The notes beneath the pieces were generated by a model. The model was given only the letters and a program-made list of their open reading frames with translations, searched no databases and had not been told where the DNA came from. Made by a program: the position numbers and the translations under genes. Shown here piece after piece: positions 21,373-33,103 of a stretch of 64,000 bases of DNA (positions within the stretch are counted from its first letter, which is position 1; every line of letters starts with the position of its first letter). This DNA is from Plasmodiophora brassicae (Eukaryota), in NCBI GenBank assembly GCA_036867785.1, contig CP145413.1, positions 1,116,001-1,180,000 on the forward strand, read 5' to 3'.

Positions 21373-24300
21373 ATGGCGGGAAGGGAGCCAAATACGACGA
21401 TGACCACGCGCGGCTGTCCTGCGGCGCGGTCCCGCGTCCAGGCCTTGTATGGGTCGACCATCGCCGGACACTTGCACGGCCCAGATCGGAAGCTGCTCGT
21501 GCGCGCCAGCCGAAAGGACGATAAAGAACACGTCCGGTTCGTCCCGGCCGACGAGACGTTACCGCGATTTCGTATCCCGCTGACAGAATTCCCGTCGGAA
21601 ACGAAGTGGAATCGTCCCGAACTCAAAGCAGAATGGGGGCGCGAATTGACGGTAAAATTTGCCGAATGGCCTCCAGAAAATCAGCTGCCAAGTGCAACGT
21701 TCTCCCCTGCGCTTCAATCGCAGGTTTGCGTCTTACCGGATGACATATTTCGTGGATTGATTCGTTCATTAGATGACTGTTGTCACTCGCAATGTGATGG
21801 GCCGAGGTCATTCTCGTATGCCTCAAACGCAGCCGCAGAGTCAGGACCTGCCCCATGTCCAACCGATTCAACCGTCAGGAGCCTCGGTGATGGGGTATGA
21901 CCAGGATAGGAGGCAGGCCCAAACGCGAGCCGTCCCAAGACGAGCTAACCGTGCACCTGGCGATGCGCCAGACCAACAGCCTCAACAGGGCGCGACCCAA
22001 GATCAGAGTCATCACCATCCTGAAAGTCGTCATCGTGCACCACCACATCAACATCGGGCACACAGGCCGCCCGCGTATCATTGGCGCCCGAAGCAAGCGG
22101 TACCTGCTGCTAACGGTACTGCTGCGGAAGAGCCCGAGACTTCTACACAAGAACATGCTGCTGCATCGACTGTCCAACAGGCCGATAGCCCATCCAAACC
22201 TGATGCGACACCAAAGAAGAGAAAGTTGAGGACCTGGTTTGACGAGTATCTCTCGCCACAGGATTTGGAAAAGGGCCTAGCGGACAAGACTCTATTGAAG
22301 GGCACACTTCACGTTAACGCCAAGAACTCTCAGGAGTCCTGGGTTCGCATGATTGGTAAAAAGAGCATCGTGCCTTCTGGTCCTGACGGTAATCTGATTA
22401 TGCATCAGATTCGAACGATGGAGGGGACATCATCATTGTTGGGCCAAGAGACCGTAACCGCGCGTTCGATGGGGATATCGTCGCAGTTCGTCTTGCGCCT
22501 CGAGAGCGATGGCCGGCGCGTCGCAAGCGTGTCTATCCGTCTGCGGCTCCGCTTGGTATGCGATATCGTGCATTTGTTCTGCGGTCCCTCTGACATTGTT
22601 TATTCAGTTGAAGCTGAGGACACTGTTGAAACTAGCGAAAGCCCTGTCGCCGCAATTAGTGACGTTGACGACGTTACGGCTGAGATGGACGACCTGGCCA
22701 TTTCCGACAGTAATAACGTGAATGTATGTTGTCATTGAAATATGGGATGTCGGCCGTTTTAAACTCGAATTGCTCTCTTAGTTGCAACGATCTGGTGCAG
22801 TGGTCGGTATTCTCTCCCGTTCGCCAGATGTCACAAAGGATATTATTGGTCATCTCAACCTTATAACAAGCGAGTCGCAAGAAACGGGGACCGCCAAAGA
22901 AGTCCCGACCATAGACCCAGCTTCCAGCATTATTGTGTTCACGCCCGTTTCTAAGAAATATCCACGGTTCGTCTTGCTTGGTGAAGGTTCATTCATCCTC
23001 TCACTGTCGCGTAATCAGAGGATACTTGTCGAGTCGATCATGGCCAAGGGAACTAATGTCATCGGACCCTGGTGTTGCACGCGACGCATGGAATGCGATT
23101 TACTCTGTTTCCTATGGGCACTGGAAAATCATGGATCGCCGCCCAGTGTGCCACAACCTGCGTTGCATTGGGCCGTCCGGTCATATTGAGCCTGAGACCG
23201 AAGCGCTTCTTCGCTCTACGAAAATATTTCACCAGGATACGTTCCCACCAACTGTATGAGTTCAGCGTACCGAGGCCGAACACGCACTGAAGCATTTGTT
23301 GCCTAGGTTACGCAGCACTTACAAGCAGAACTTGGAATATCAGAGGGTCGCATGTGGGAAATCCCATCCGAAGTCATCGCCAATCGTCGCGACCTTCGAA
23401 ATACGCGCATCTTTTCCATTGATCCTTTGACAGCGAAGGATCTTGATGACGCCCTCTCCATAACGGAAATCGATGACAATACTGTTGAGGTGCGTTATCG
23501 GATACGGCTCGGTACACCGAGGCGACGAGCCGTTAATCTTGCACCGCAGATTGGTGTCCACATTGCCGACGTGTCGTACTTTGTCCGCGAGGGTTCGTAG
23601 CATTCTTGATGAGGTGCAATACTTTGACTAGCCGTGCAGGATCGCCCGTTGATCTCGAAGCCCGCAAACGATGCACGAGTGTGTATCTTGTACAGAAAGT
23701 TATTCCGATGTTGCCGTCCGTGCTCTGCGAGCAACTATGCAGTTTGAACCCAGGGGTTGACCGCCTAGCCTTCAGCGTGGTTTGGCGCATGACGAAAGAC
23801 GGTCGGTTGCATGGCATATCTGATTTCGTATCAATATTCGTCATCAAACAAGTAACATCTAATAGGTCGCCGGTGTCGTGATTTCGAACCTTGGTTTGGG
23901 CGCACAGTCATTCGATCATGTGCGAAGCTGGACTATGGTACAGCGCAGAAATTTGTCGACGGTGTGACCGATACTTCCTTGGCGGTCAGCGAACCGTTCT
24001 CTGTCAGCGAGGTCGCAAATGATTGCAAGTTGATGATGAAGGTAGCAGATTTACATGTCCTATGTCGACTTCCTAAGTGGTAACAGGTTGCCATGGCGCG
24101 TCGCGCTCACCGGTTCGAGACTGGCTCTTTGAGATTGGACAGGCCAAAGATGTGCTTTCAGTTCGACGCCGATCGCAACCCTATCGGTGTGCAGGCGTAC
24201 ACGCTCTACGATTCTGTACGTATTCCGTGGTGGTTCCGCGTTCCGGTTTAACATGATGGGTTTCAGAATCGCATGATTGAAGAGTACATGCTTCTTGCAA

Positions 24301-25417
24301 ACACGTTGGTTGCTGAAAAGCTCTCGAACGACGTTCCAGAAGTTGCATTGCTGCGAAGGCATGAAGCGCCTGTGCCGAACAAACTCGTGGAAATTGTTGC
24401 GCTTTGCAATAAGCTTGGCTACTCGATCGATGGGAGTAGTGCACACACGCTGCATCAAACTCTTGAAACTGTCGAAGGTGAGGGTACCGTCGGACCCGTC
24501 TGTCCAGCAGAAGTTCTAATCGACAAGCAGATATCAATGTTCGCGGCTTTATTTACGTACTTATCTCTGTGGCAATGCGTCGCGCACAGTATTTCTGCGT
24601 CCATGAGACTCCAGTTGACCCCGACGAGGTGACAGGCCTTGGTGGCTGGGCACATTACGCTCTTGGGTTTGTGAAACCGTTGGTGTGTTCTGGACACCCT
24701 CTTATGCTTGTGTAGGTTTGAGACCTACACTCATTTCACGTCCCCGATTCGTCGGTACGAAATATAACGCCGACGTGCTTGCTCTGTACTAACTGATGAC
24801 AGATATGCTGACATTATTGTTCATCGGATGCTTGAATATTGCATTTCGGAGGACGAGAATGTCAAGGCGCTGCCCACTGCCGATACGGTTCGCCAAATTG
24901 CTGACCGATGCAATGACATGAAGTTCCGGTAAGCTCCATGCCTTGCTGTGATGGTGTCTGGAATTCATTGCTTACTCGGCGACCGGTGAAGCGCCAAGGC
25001 AGCGGAGGATATGTCGCTCTTGATGTTTCTGGGGGTCCTGGTCAAGGAGGCGCCTCTCTATGAGTTAGCCTACCTGATCGACTTGGGTGTGCGGACCTGC
25101 GTCGTCTACATTCCTCGTCTTGGCCTTGAGGTGCACTTGATATGAGATGTATCTATTGTCTACCGCTCAGTGTGTTTTAGGAACGTCTTTTCCTGGACAA
25201 GATACAAGACGTCCACAAGGCGGAGATCGAGGAAGACAAGTCAAGCCAGACGAAATCCCTGGTCATTGATTGGAAAGACCATCCAGTTGAGAAGGTCTCG
25301 CTATTCGAACCTGTCCGAGTCCAGCTGAGCGTCAACGACTCGGTCCCGTTCCGCCTGTCTCTCAGCGTCCTTCCGCGTGCGTTGCCTGAGCAAGAATCGA
25401 CTACGTCCAGTACATAA
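21373..25417 (+). CDS. DIS3L2: DIS3-like exoribonuclease 2 (RNase II/RNB family, no PIN domain), multi-exon
   Basis: [90 protein letters not shown] and [13 protein letters not shown]. The start is uncertain (21298 or 21373). Confidence 0.9.
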
Positions 25418-25488
25418 ACTTCATCCAGACACTCCGCTCAGGAGACTGTATTCCCAAACCGTTCTGGTGGGACACGACTTCAGCCGGT

Positions 25489-27459
25489 TTAAACGTTGCT
25501 GCAACGGCTGCGCGAACGCACAGCCTATAATCATATCTAGCTTCAGACATCAACGTGCTCACTATACATCAAGACGCCTACCTGGTCTACCGACGAGAAG
25601 TCCTTCATCCCAATCATTGTGCGAACAGCATCACTGCAGCGGGGCGTCTCGGGTCTTTTCACATCGCCAGCTGGGTTCGGTCCTTGTTCTTCGACTACGT
25701 CTCCAGAAGGTGGAACGGGAGTTGACATTCTCCTCGTTTTGCGTTCGCCTTCCGACTTGGAGGTCTGATCAAGCACTCCTAGCAGATCGCGGTATTGGAT
25801 TTGGCCGCCTTTGAATCTTGAAGCCGATTCAAACACGGTTCGCAGATCCTGCCACCCTGCTCAGTCGAGATGGTCACATGGTAGCGTCGACGTGCTCACC
25901 TGAACGGACAGCTCCAGATCGTTGTTTATGTCGGCAACCACACGACGGAACTGTGGGAACGAGAGCTGCCCCTTATCGCGTTCGAATGCACCGCGAATGG
26001 CGTTTAGCTTCTGAGGATCACGAATTTCCTGCCGCAATGTGTCGAATGCGGCCGAATGCTGCGCAGGAACCGTCGGCGACGACTTCGCTACGATCTTCTG
26101 ACGCCGGCGCTCAAAGTCGTTGAATGTACACAGATAGAGTGGTTGAGCCTGGATCCAAAACGCTGAGCAAATGGAGGCATCCCAGCAAGCTAAAGATTGG
26201 GGAGACCTGCTGGTTTCGTCGAGTCCACACGTCGCAAGCGACGTTGTCGATGAATTCAAGACTGTTGATCTTGCCATCACGGCTACCGCCAAAGTGCTCG
26301 AACAAGATCCTCATATCGGCATCCGAGATGTGCATTCCGAACCGGGTGCAACCCTTCCTGAAGTGATCGTAGTCCAGCTCGGGCAGAAGACCTAGGTGAT
26401 GACGGTTGAGACACGTTTGCCGGGAACGTCCAACGAGTTCGTACTGTGCTCGTCAGCTTTGAAGCATTTCAGCAGATTGTATCGGCCTCGAGCTCGCTGG
26501 TTGACCTTCTCTCGCAGCAAGTTCGCCAAGGCCTCCCCGTCACTGAGGGCTTTAACTGGTGACGGCGCGATACGAGTGAGCATCCCATGTGGCCATGTGA
26601 ACGTCGATACGCCGTTCCCCTTGTCCTCCTGCTTGTGAATATTCTGAAAGTCCTCGAACAGAAGATACCCTGTGGTTGGTTGATGTGTCAGTCGTCATGA
26701 GACCCTTGTGCAAGCAGTTAATCTCACCTTTTCCATCACGATCGTACGTGTTGAACAACGTTAGCGTTGTCTCCTCTCCACCGATCAACCCGAACCTTTC
26801 GATCTGGGCTCGGAAGTCCTCGTAGGTGACGCGGCCGGTTTTCTCACGGTCAAAGAAACAGAACGCGTCCCGCACGAGGTATGCCCTGCAGGTTCGCGAG
26901 CTGGTCAGTGGGACGACCAATGAGTGGAGTTGGGCGAGCACGAACCCTGGAAGGTGGGCGCTTATCTTCGTCAGTAGTCCATGCGGAGTCGCATCCAACC
27001 GAGCCGCCTGCCTCTGGAAGTACGCGTGTCGTGGCGTAATGGACATGCAACTCAGGTGCGTCGACGCCGACGACACCGACCTCACGTCATCATCTAATTG
27101 GTACCTTCGAGCTAACAACCGAGCATGAGTTGGTGCACTGGCGCCGATCTGCACGGAGACAGACGGGTTCGTGGCGTCGAAGGCGGTTTAGGTGTCAAAT
27201 CCGCTGACTGGGGCCGGCTGACTGACAGTAAAGGCGTTCGTGGCCGGTGATGCCCACTGATATAACAGTTAGCTAGGGCGCTGCCTTCCATGCATGGATA
27301 TGGTGGCCCATACCCGGAGCGTTTCCTCGTATGCTCCCCGGGTTGCTGTGGCCGGGACATGTCGCGGTCATGGGGCGATAAGCGAACCGTTGCCATGGCC
27401 GACAGCGGCCTCGCCAGTTCAGGCAAGACCGTCGCCAATCCCGGCTGGCGGAACGCCAT
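25489..27459 (-). CDS. Multi-EF-hand Ca2+-binding protein, multi-exon; ends approximate
   Basis: EF loops FFDREKTGRVTYEDF, YDRDGKGEI, FGGSRDGKINSLEFID and AFERDKGQLSFPQF. Confidence 0.75.
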
Positions 27460-27615
27460 GCCTAATCTCCTTTCGCCCGCTGCTGCAGTCGATCGACCGT
27501 ATGTACCACACGCAAGGTGTATCTCGTTGGGGATACGTGTCATCAAATCGCATGAAAATATCTTGGACTCAGCTGAACTCCGATCTTCGCCGGGGCTGGA
27601 ACACGATGGGTGACC

Positions 27616-27660
27616 GGGCCCCATAGGCAGCCGCGACGGGGCGGACCAGGATATAACAGG
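27616..27660 (+). promoter_or_regulatory. Putative snRNA promoter: upstream element GGGCCC(C)ATA(G/A)G and TATA-like ATA(T)AACAGG
   Basis: Both motifs recur at nearly the same spacing upstream of the second U1 copy (29125-29169), while the flanking DNA differs. Confidence 0.55.
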
Positions 27661-27682
27661 GCGATCCGAGGTCGGAAAAAGC

Positions 27683-27877
27683 ATACTTACCTTGGTGGTC
27701 CTCCGTGGTTCAGCCACATTATGGACGATCAGTCAGGTCCTGGAGGCATCCTGGAGCGGCCCACCTGCACGCGTTGAGACATACGCAGGGCGTCATGTGA
27801 AGGGGTGTAGTCTCGGCTCTGCCGGGGCTGACACCATAATTTATGAGTCGAGGGGCTCAGAGTTCGCTCTACCCCTG
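27683..27877 (+). ncRNA. U1: U1 spliceosomal snRNA, copy 1 (~195 nt)
   Basis: 5' ATACTTACCT; U1-70K-type loop GGAC-GATCAGTCAG-GTCC; TGCAC loop; Sm site ATAATTTATG; terminal GAGGGG..AGAG-TTCG-CTCT..CCCCT hairpin. Confidence 0.92.
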
Positions 27878-27899
27878 CCCCCCAAACAATCAAATCGAA

Positions 27900-28540
27900 A
27901 CGCGATGGCAGGAGTGGTGCGGTGCCGCAAGTCCATCATGCACTCGTTTTCAACCGTCCCATGCTGGAGGTGGGTAAACTCGAGCAGCGTCTACGGGAGA
28001 CGCGTCTACACTCTACACGCAACAGCCGTGGGGACGGAGGTACACGCAGTTCCGTGGAGGAGCAGGAAGCGGCGACCTTGATGTGGATCGTCGAAAACGA
28101 TATACTGGAATTCGGTACTTCAACATTGTCAACCTCACCTTTATTCGGTAAAATAGCCATCGTTAATGGCCGGGTTAGGTAGAGAACCGTCCGCCGTGGT
28201 TGTAACAGCTACCGACACCCTCATGGTCGCCGACGATTGCTTTGCGTACGTCGATACGCCTTGCGCCAACTTGGTCAATCGTCCGATGGGGTTCCACTGA
28301 GACGAATAGCGCCGTCCGAAGAGTGCCGGGCGTGGCTGTTGGACTCTTGCTGCTGTCATCTGATCCTTGATGGCAGTGGATGTCAGGAACGATCAACCAG
28401 TTGGTTATGCATGTAAAGCATATACCTAGGAACTGCATATACCTGCTGAAGCCTGCCGATATCGGGATTAACAAGCCTCTAAGGACGCGCATTCACAGCC
28501 GCTGGGAGGCCTGGAATCCCTGGATGCTTGAGAGGCCTAT
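27900..28540. mobile_element. Degenerate pogo/Tc5-type (DDE_1) transposase remnant, apparently with an internal inversion
   Basis: Plus-strand IPRNCIYLLKPADIGINKPLR..SRWEAW (28380-28568); minus-strand RVSVAVTTTADGSLP (28141-28359); plus-strand HTH-like SSVEEQEAATLMWIVE. No TIRs recognised. Confidence 0.5.
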
Positions 28541-29190
28541 CGACGACGCCCTGGGTCCACCTAATTAATTCAAGGCCCCAACTGGCGAATTGGGTCATAG
28601 ACACTCTGCAGAATTGTCAACGGCGTGCGCATATACGGTAGTTCTTGGTCATATTTCGTGAAGAGAGTCTATGCCCCGCATGCAAGTCGTGGCGCTGCCA
28701 GGCTCACCGAATACACCAATTTGTTGAAGGTCAAAATGCGGCACGGCGGGCAGTCCCCCTCGCACATTCATGCGATGTGACCTCTGCGGTCGTACGCGTT
28801 GCATCATGATAAATGCCAGGACGCGCTGGCCGAATGCCCAGTATGCGGTCGGATCGGCACCATGGGTCCCAGCTGCGACGGGGCCTGAAACGAACATCCG
28901 ACTGGTGCTCAGTCAGTGCTCGCAAAATTTCGATGCGGTTCGTATTGCTCTGCACCTACTGTCGACCTGTCGTAAAACGCAGTCGCCTGGTTCCATCAAT
29001 GGATTGCAGAACGGCCACCTAGCATGTGGAGTCGGTGTCTGTTGACGAGCTTTCACTGCACAGCCATCGAGTTCCCGAACGTTGCTTTTGCAATTGCAAG
29101 TCCGTGCCGTCCTGCTGGATTGGGGGGGCCCATAAGTAACTGTCAAGCGGCGAATGGGTGATAAACAGGCAGTCGACCGAGTGAGAAAGC

Positions 29191-29385
29191 ATACTTACCT
29201 TGGTGGTCCTCCGTGACTCAGTCACCTCGTGGTCGATCAATCAGGACCGGGAGGCATCCTGGAGCGGCCCACCTGCACGCGTTGAGACATACGCAGGGCG
29301 TCATGTGAAGGGGTGTAGTCTCGGCTCTGCCGGGGCTGACATCATAATTTATGAGTCGAGGGGCTCAGAGTTCGCTCTACCCCTG
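29191..29385 (+). ncRNA. U1: U1 spliceosomal snRNA, copy 2 (~195 nt)
   Basis: Same architecture as copy 1, with differences concentrated in stem-loop I that are largely compensatory. Both copies share a downstream CAATCAAATCGAAAC box. Confidence 0.92.
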
Positions 29386-29605
29386 CCCTCAATTCAATCA
29401 AATCGAAACTACAATAACAACTTGTTCAATCATCTCCCTGTGCACCCGCGCGCTTTGGCCCTGCTGCCTTTCGCCAGAGAAATGATGAACCGGGCGTAAT
29501 ACCTAACCTATCCCAATTGACGAAAACGCGGTCGTCTCCAAGCTCCGAAGTTCTGGCGCGCGTACGGCACGGGATTTCGTGTGTCGGTGTGGCGCATGCA
29601 CCGCA

Positions 29606-30737
29606 ATGGACGACCTCCTGTACCGGGCCAAGCTCGCTGAGCAGGTCGACCGGTATGAAGAGATGGCCGAGATGATGAAGATGCTAGTCTGCACGAAGAG
29701 GCAGCCGCTGACCGACGAGGAGCGCTCCATATTCGCTGTCGCCTTCAAGAACGTCAGTCCAACGGCGGCGCTCGTATCCGTAACGACTAATGGACGATCA
29801 GGTGTCGGGGGAGCGACGGGCTGCATGGAGGAAGGTATTGTCGATCGAGCGGCAGGAGCTGAGGAACGCGGAAGCTGCGGGCAACGAGACGGACCGGAAG
29901 GAATTCGAGCAACGCGCCGCCGTCGCTCTGGATTACCGGACACAAATCGAATCGGAGCTGTCGTTGATCTGCAACGAGGTATGTGCGATTTGCAGACCGG
30001 GGATACGCAACGTGTTTAAAAATCCAAATGAAAGGTGCTCGCGTTGCTGTACAACCATTTGGTACCGCTGTCGGATCCGGTTCTGGCCGATCAGCTCTCC
30101 ACAATCATTGCCGGCACATGCGAGGCCGGCGCCGCAGAAGACATTGCCGAGAAGCATCCGGTCGAGAAGCAGTTGGAGAAGCTGGTTGATGAGGTCCCTG
30201 CTGATTGCTTCGCATTTAACCTCACCCTGATCGCTTCCGTAGATAGTGAAGGGTGCGGCGGGCCAACCATCGTCCAAGGAATCAATGGTGTTCTGGTTCA
30301 AGATGGCTGGGGATTACAGGCGATTCCTAGCTGAGGTGCTGATGGATGGATCCGAGCGGCGTGAGGCAGAGGCGCATAAGGCGCTGCAGGCGTACACGAT
30401 CGCGTCGTCGATCGCACGCATGTACCTGACGCCCTCACATCCGATCCGTCTGGGCCTGTCGCTCAACGTTTCCGTGTTCTACTTCGAAATCCTGCAGATG
30501 CGAACCGTCGCGTGCCGGATTGCTGAGAACTCGTTCAACGAGGTACCCGTGTGCGTCCCCCTGCGCGGCCATTACAATGAACCTTCGACGCAGGCTGTCG
30601 CCGAGCTCGATCATCTTGACGGAAGTTGCTATCAGGACTCGATGTTGGTCATGCAGTTGCTGAAAGACAACCTTAGAAGTTGGACTGCCACTGAACAGGA
30701 CGACCAAGAGGTGCCTGAGACGTCGGCGAAACAGTAG
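29606..30737 (+). CDS. Divergent 14-3-3 family protein, multi-exon
   Basis: YRAKLAEQVDRYEEM, LTDEERSIFAVAFKN/VSGERRAAWR, KMAGDYRRFLAE, PSHPIRLGLSLNVSVFYFEI and DSMLVMQLLKDNLRSW. Confidence 0.92.
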
Positions 30738-30769
30738 ACTCCCTTAAACAGGAACGAAATAGTTTAGTA

Positions 30770-31694
30770 TTAGGGCGATTTGGTGTCGAGTCGGGCGTTG
30801 CGCCTCCGTTCAGTGCAGATGCGACAGTACCAGACGCCTGTGGGGTTCTCGGCGATGCCGGCACATTTGAAATGCCACCACTGGATCGTACAGTTCTCGT
30901 CGTCGCAGGCGACCATTTGCCCATAGGACGGCTGCTTGCAGTAGCAGTACGTCTGTTCTGACTGCGAAGGGCCGGAGACCGGCCTGGGCTCTTCACCATC
31001 AGCGGATGGCACGTGAGGAGAGGTCGGTATCGACGCCGCTAAAGGAGCCGGCGATAGCGCCACGGTGGACTTGTTGCCCAACAACGCACGCTGTACCGCC
31101 CTCGACAGCGTCGCAATGCCCAGGTTCTGCGACAGGTACTCCTCGAATTCGCCGTCACGAGAATACGGGCCGATCTCTTGCTCGAACTTAACAAGGTCTC
31201 TATCAATACGTGCCAGATGACTGCTGGCCTAAACATACGTCAGCAACGTGATATACAGCAACGTACGGCGATGGCATTACAATTCGGTGGCATTCTCTGG
31301 CCAGGATTAACTTCTCGTCCAGCAGCTTGATACTCTTACGCTCCTGGGATCCCAATATATTTAGGCACCTTCAGGGAATATCACGGCTGCTAAATGCTGA
31401 CCAGTCGTCGTAGCTTCTTCAATGCCGCTACATCAACCGTATTCGACGATTTCCGTCCGTCCATCATCGACGCCAACACGATTTCACGTTGCTTCCGAAT
31501 GGTTAGCTGCAACTCTGCCAGGGCACCTGAAGTAAGCGCATGGCAGGTGCGGGGGCAGCGGCGTCGTGCAGACACGTACGCTCCGCATACGTGTCCAGCT
31601 GGTAGATCAGCTGCATGTTCCGCTGCAGGTCGACGGGCAGAAACTTGAGGCTGTCCAGGACGTTCTCGAGGAACGTGCCGTCGGCGGGGATCAT
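30770..31694 (-). CDS. ING: Inhibitor-of-growth (ING) family PHD finger protein, multi-exon
   Basis: N-terminal FLENVLDSLKFLPVDLQRNMQLIYQLD; PHD YCYCKQPSYGQMVACDDENCTIQWWHFKCAG...WYCRIC. Confidence 0.92.
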
Positions 31695-32148
31695 GACCGA
31701 CGGCGCACACGGGCACAGCGCGCGCAGTCCGAGCAAGGGATGTCCTTCCGGCGTCCGCCGACAGTGGCCTCGTCAGACTCAGACGTCGGTCGTCGCCTGA
31801 CGCTACTTGCTGCTGGAAGGCCGCATTTGCACATGGCCATTTGCTTTACACATCGGTGTGTACAACCCAATCTGGGATAGTGTGCTACCTATGTAGTGCG
31901 TCAGGAAGCTTGTTGAGGTAGCGGTGGAGTTGCACGGCCCATTGCGCGACCAGGTTGACGTGCTTGATGCCAGCAGGATAGCAGATGAATTCGAAGCCCC
32001 ATCATGCACGTGCTGATGGAATATCCATGGATTCTAGAGGTAGCGGTGCTCATGCGCGACGAATGCCCAGCAATCCGACAGACGCGGACCTCACAATGAA
32101 TTCACAGAGGTGACATAACTCAACGAGATGATTTATGTAAGTACGGTG

Positions 32149-32720
32149 TTATTGAACCCGACCGCTTGCCAGCAGAACACGCACGATGCCATTACTCTGA
32201 TATTGGCGCGCCATGTTCAGTGCCTCATTGTCATTGGCAGCTGGGTCGGTTCTCGATCGGATCCCCGAGGAGGGCTTCCTAAACCGCTTCGTTCCTGTTC
32301 GCCGCCGGAATGACACGCGTATCCGCCAGAAGTCGACGCACACATTCAGCATGGCCTCCACGAGCCGCGTAACGAATCAATGAAGTCATTCGTCGCCCCC
32401 GGATCAACGCGCGCGTCGCCTAGCAGCACGCCGACCGTCTGCGTATGTCCACATGCTGCCGCCGTACGAATCGCCTCATTGTTCAATTCGCTGGGATCCG
32501 CCCAGTCGCACCGAAGCAGGTGACGTAGCAGATTCGCATAGCCATGTTGAGTCGCCCAGCAGATCGCAAATCGCCTTCGCTGCAACAACGTCCTGGCAGC
32601 CAATGCTCCACACCTTTGGCTGACTCTGCTCGACGCTTCAGACGCCCCACGTTTCGGTTCCCAGAACGGTCGCGCATCTTGACGCTTGTAACCGCTGGAG
32701 CGGGATGGCTATATGAAGTC
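32149..32720 (-). pseudogene. Ankyrin-repeat pseudogene with frameshifts and a stop
   Basis: Repeats lie in three frames: NNEAIRTAAACGHTQTVGVLLGDARVDPGA, YAARGGHAECVRRLLADTRVIPAANRNEAV* and DPAANDNEALNMARQYQSNGIVRVLL. Confidence 0.7.
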
Positions 32721-33103
32721 ATGCAAGACGGGGCTGATGGCAAACAAAGATAGACCGGGAGTATCCAGTAGGCGGCTCACCGCGACCATGTACGTACGTA
32801 CCGTGCCCCCCCAGTCGATCGCTTGGTGTGGTGTCTCCTGAGCCGCCAGAACGTGTTGCCCAGTCCAGCGTCATCCTCTATCCGACGTTGCGCTTACGTC
32901 CAACCTCCGATCCAGGGCCCTGCAACGCCCTGCATTTCGTCAGAGTAGGTGGCACCTTCGAGTGTATGGTAGCAAGGCTGTATTGTGCGCAGGTCCAAAC
33001 CGGGATGATGCCGCCAGTCGCAGCTGGCGTGCGGTACGGTATAAAACATATTTTTGCCTTTTGGTAACGGGGCCTGCGCATCGACCAATGGGCAAGATTG
33101 CCA

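Noticed and set aside
27692-28081. ORFs 27692..28081 and 29200..29499 with near-identical translations
   Set aside because: The shared sequence is the duplicated U1 snRNA, and similarity stops at the RNA 3' box. These are not proteins.
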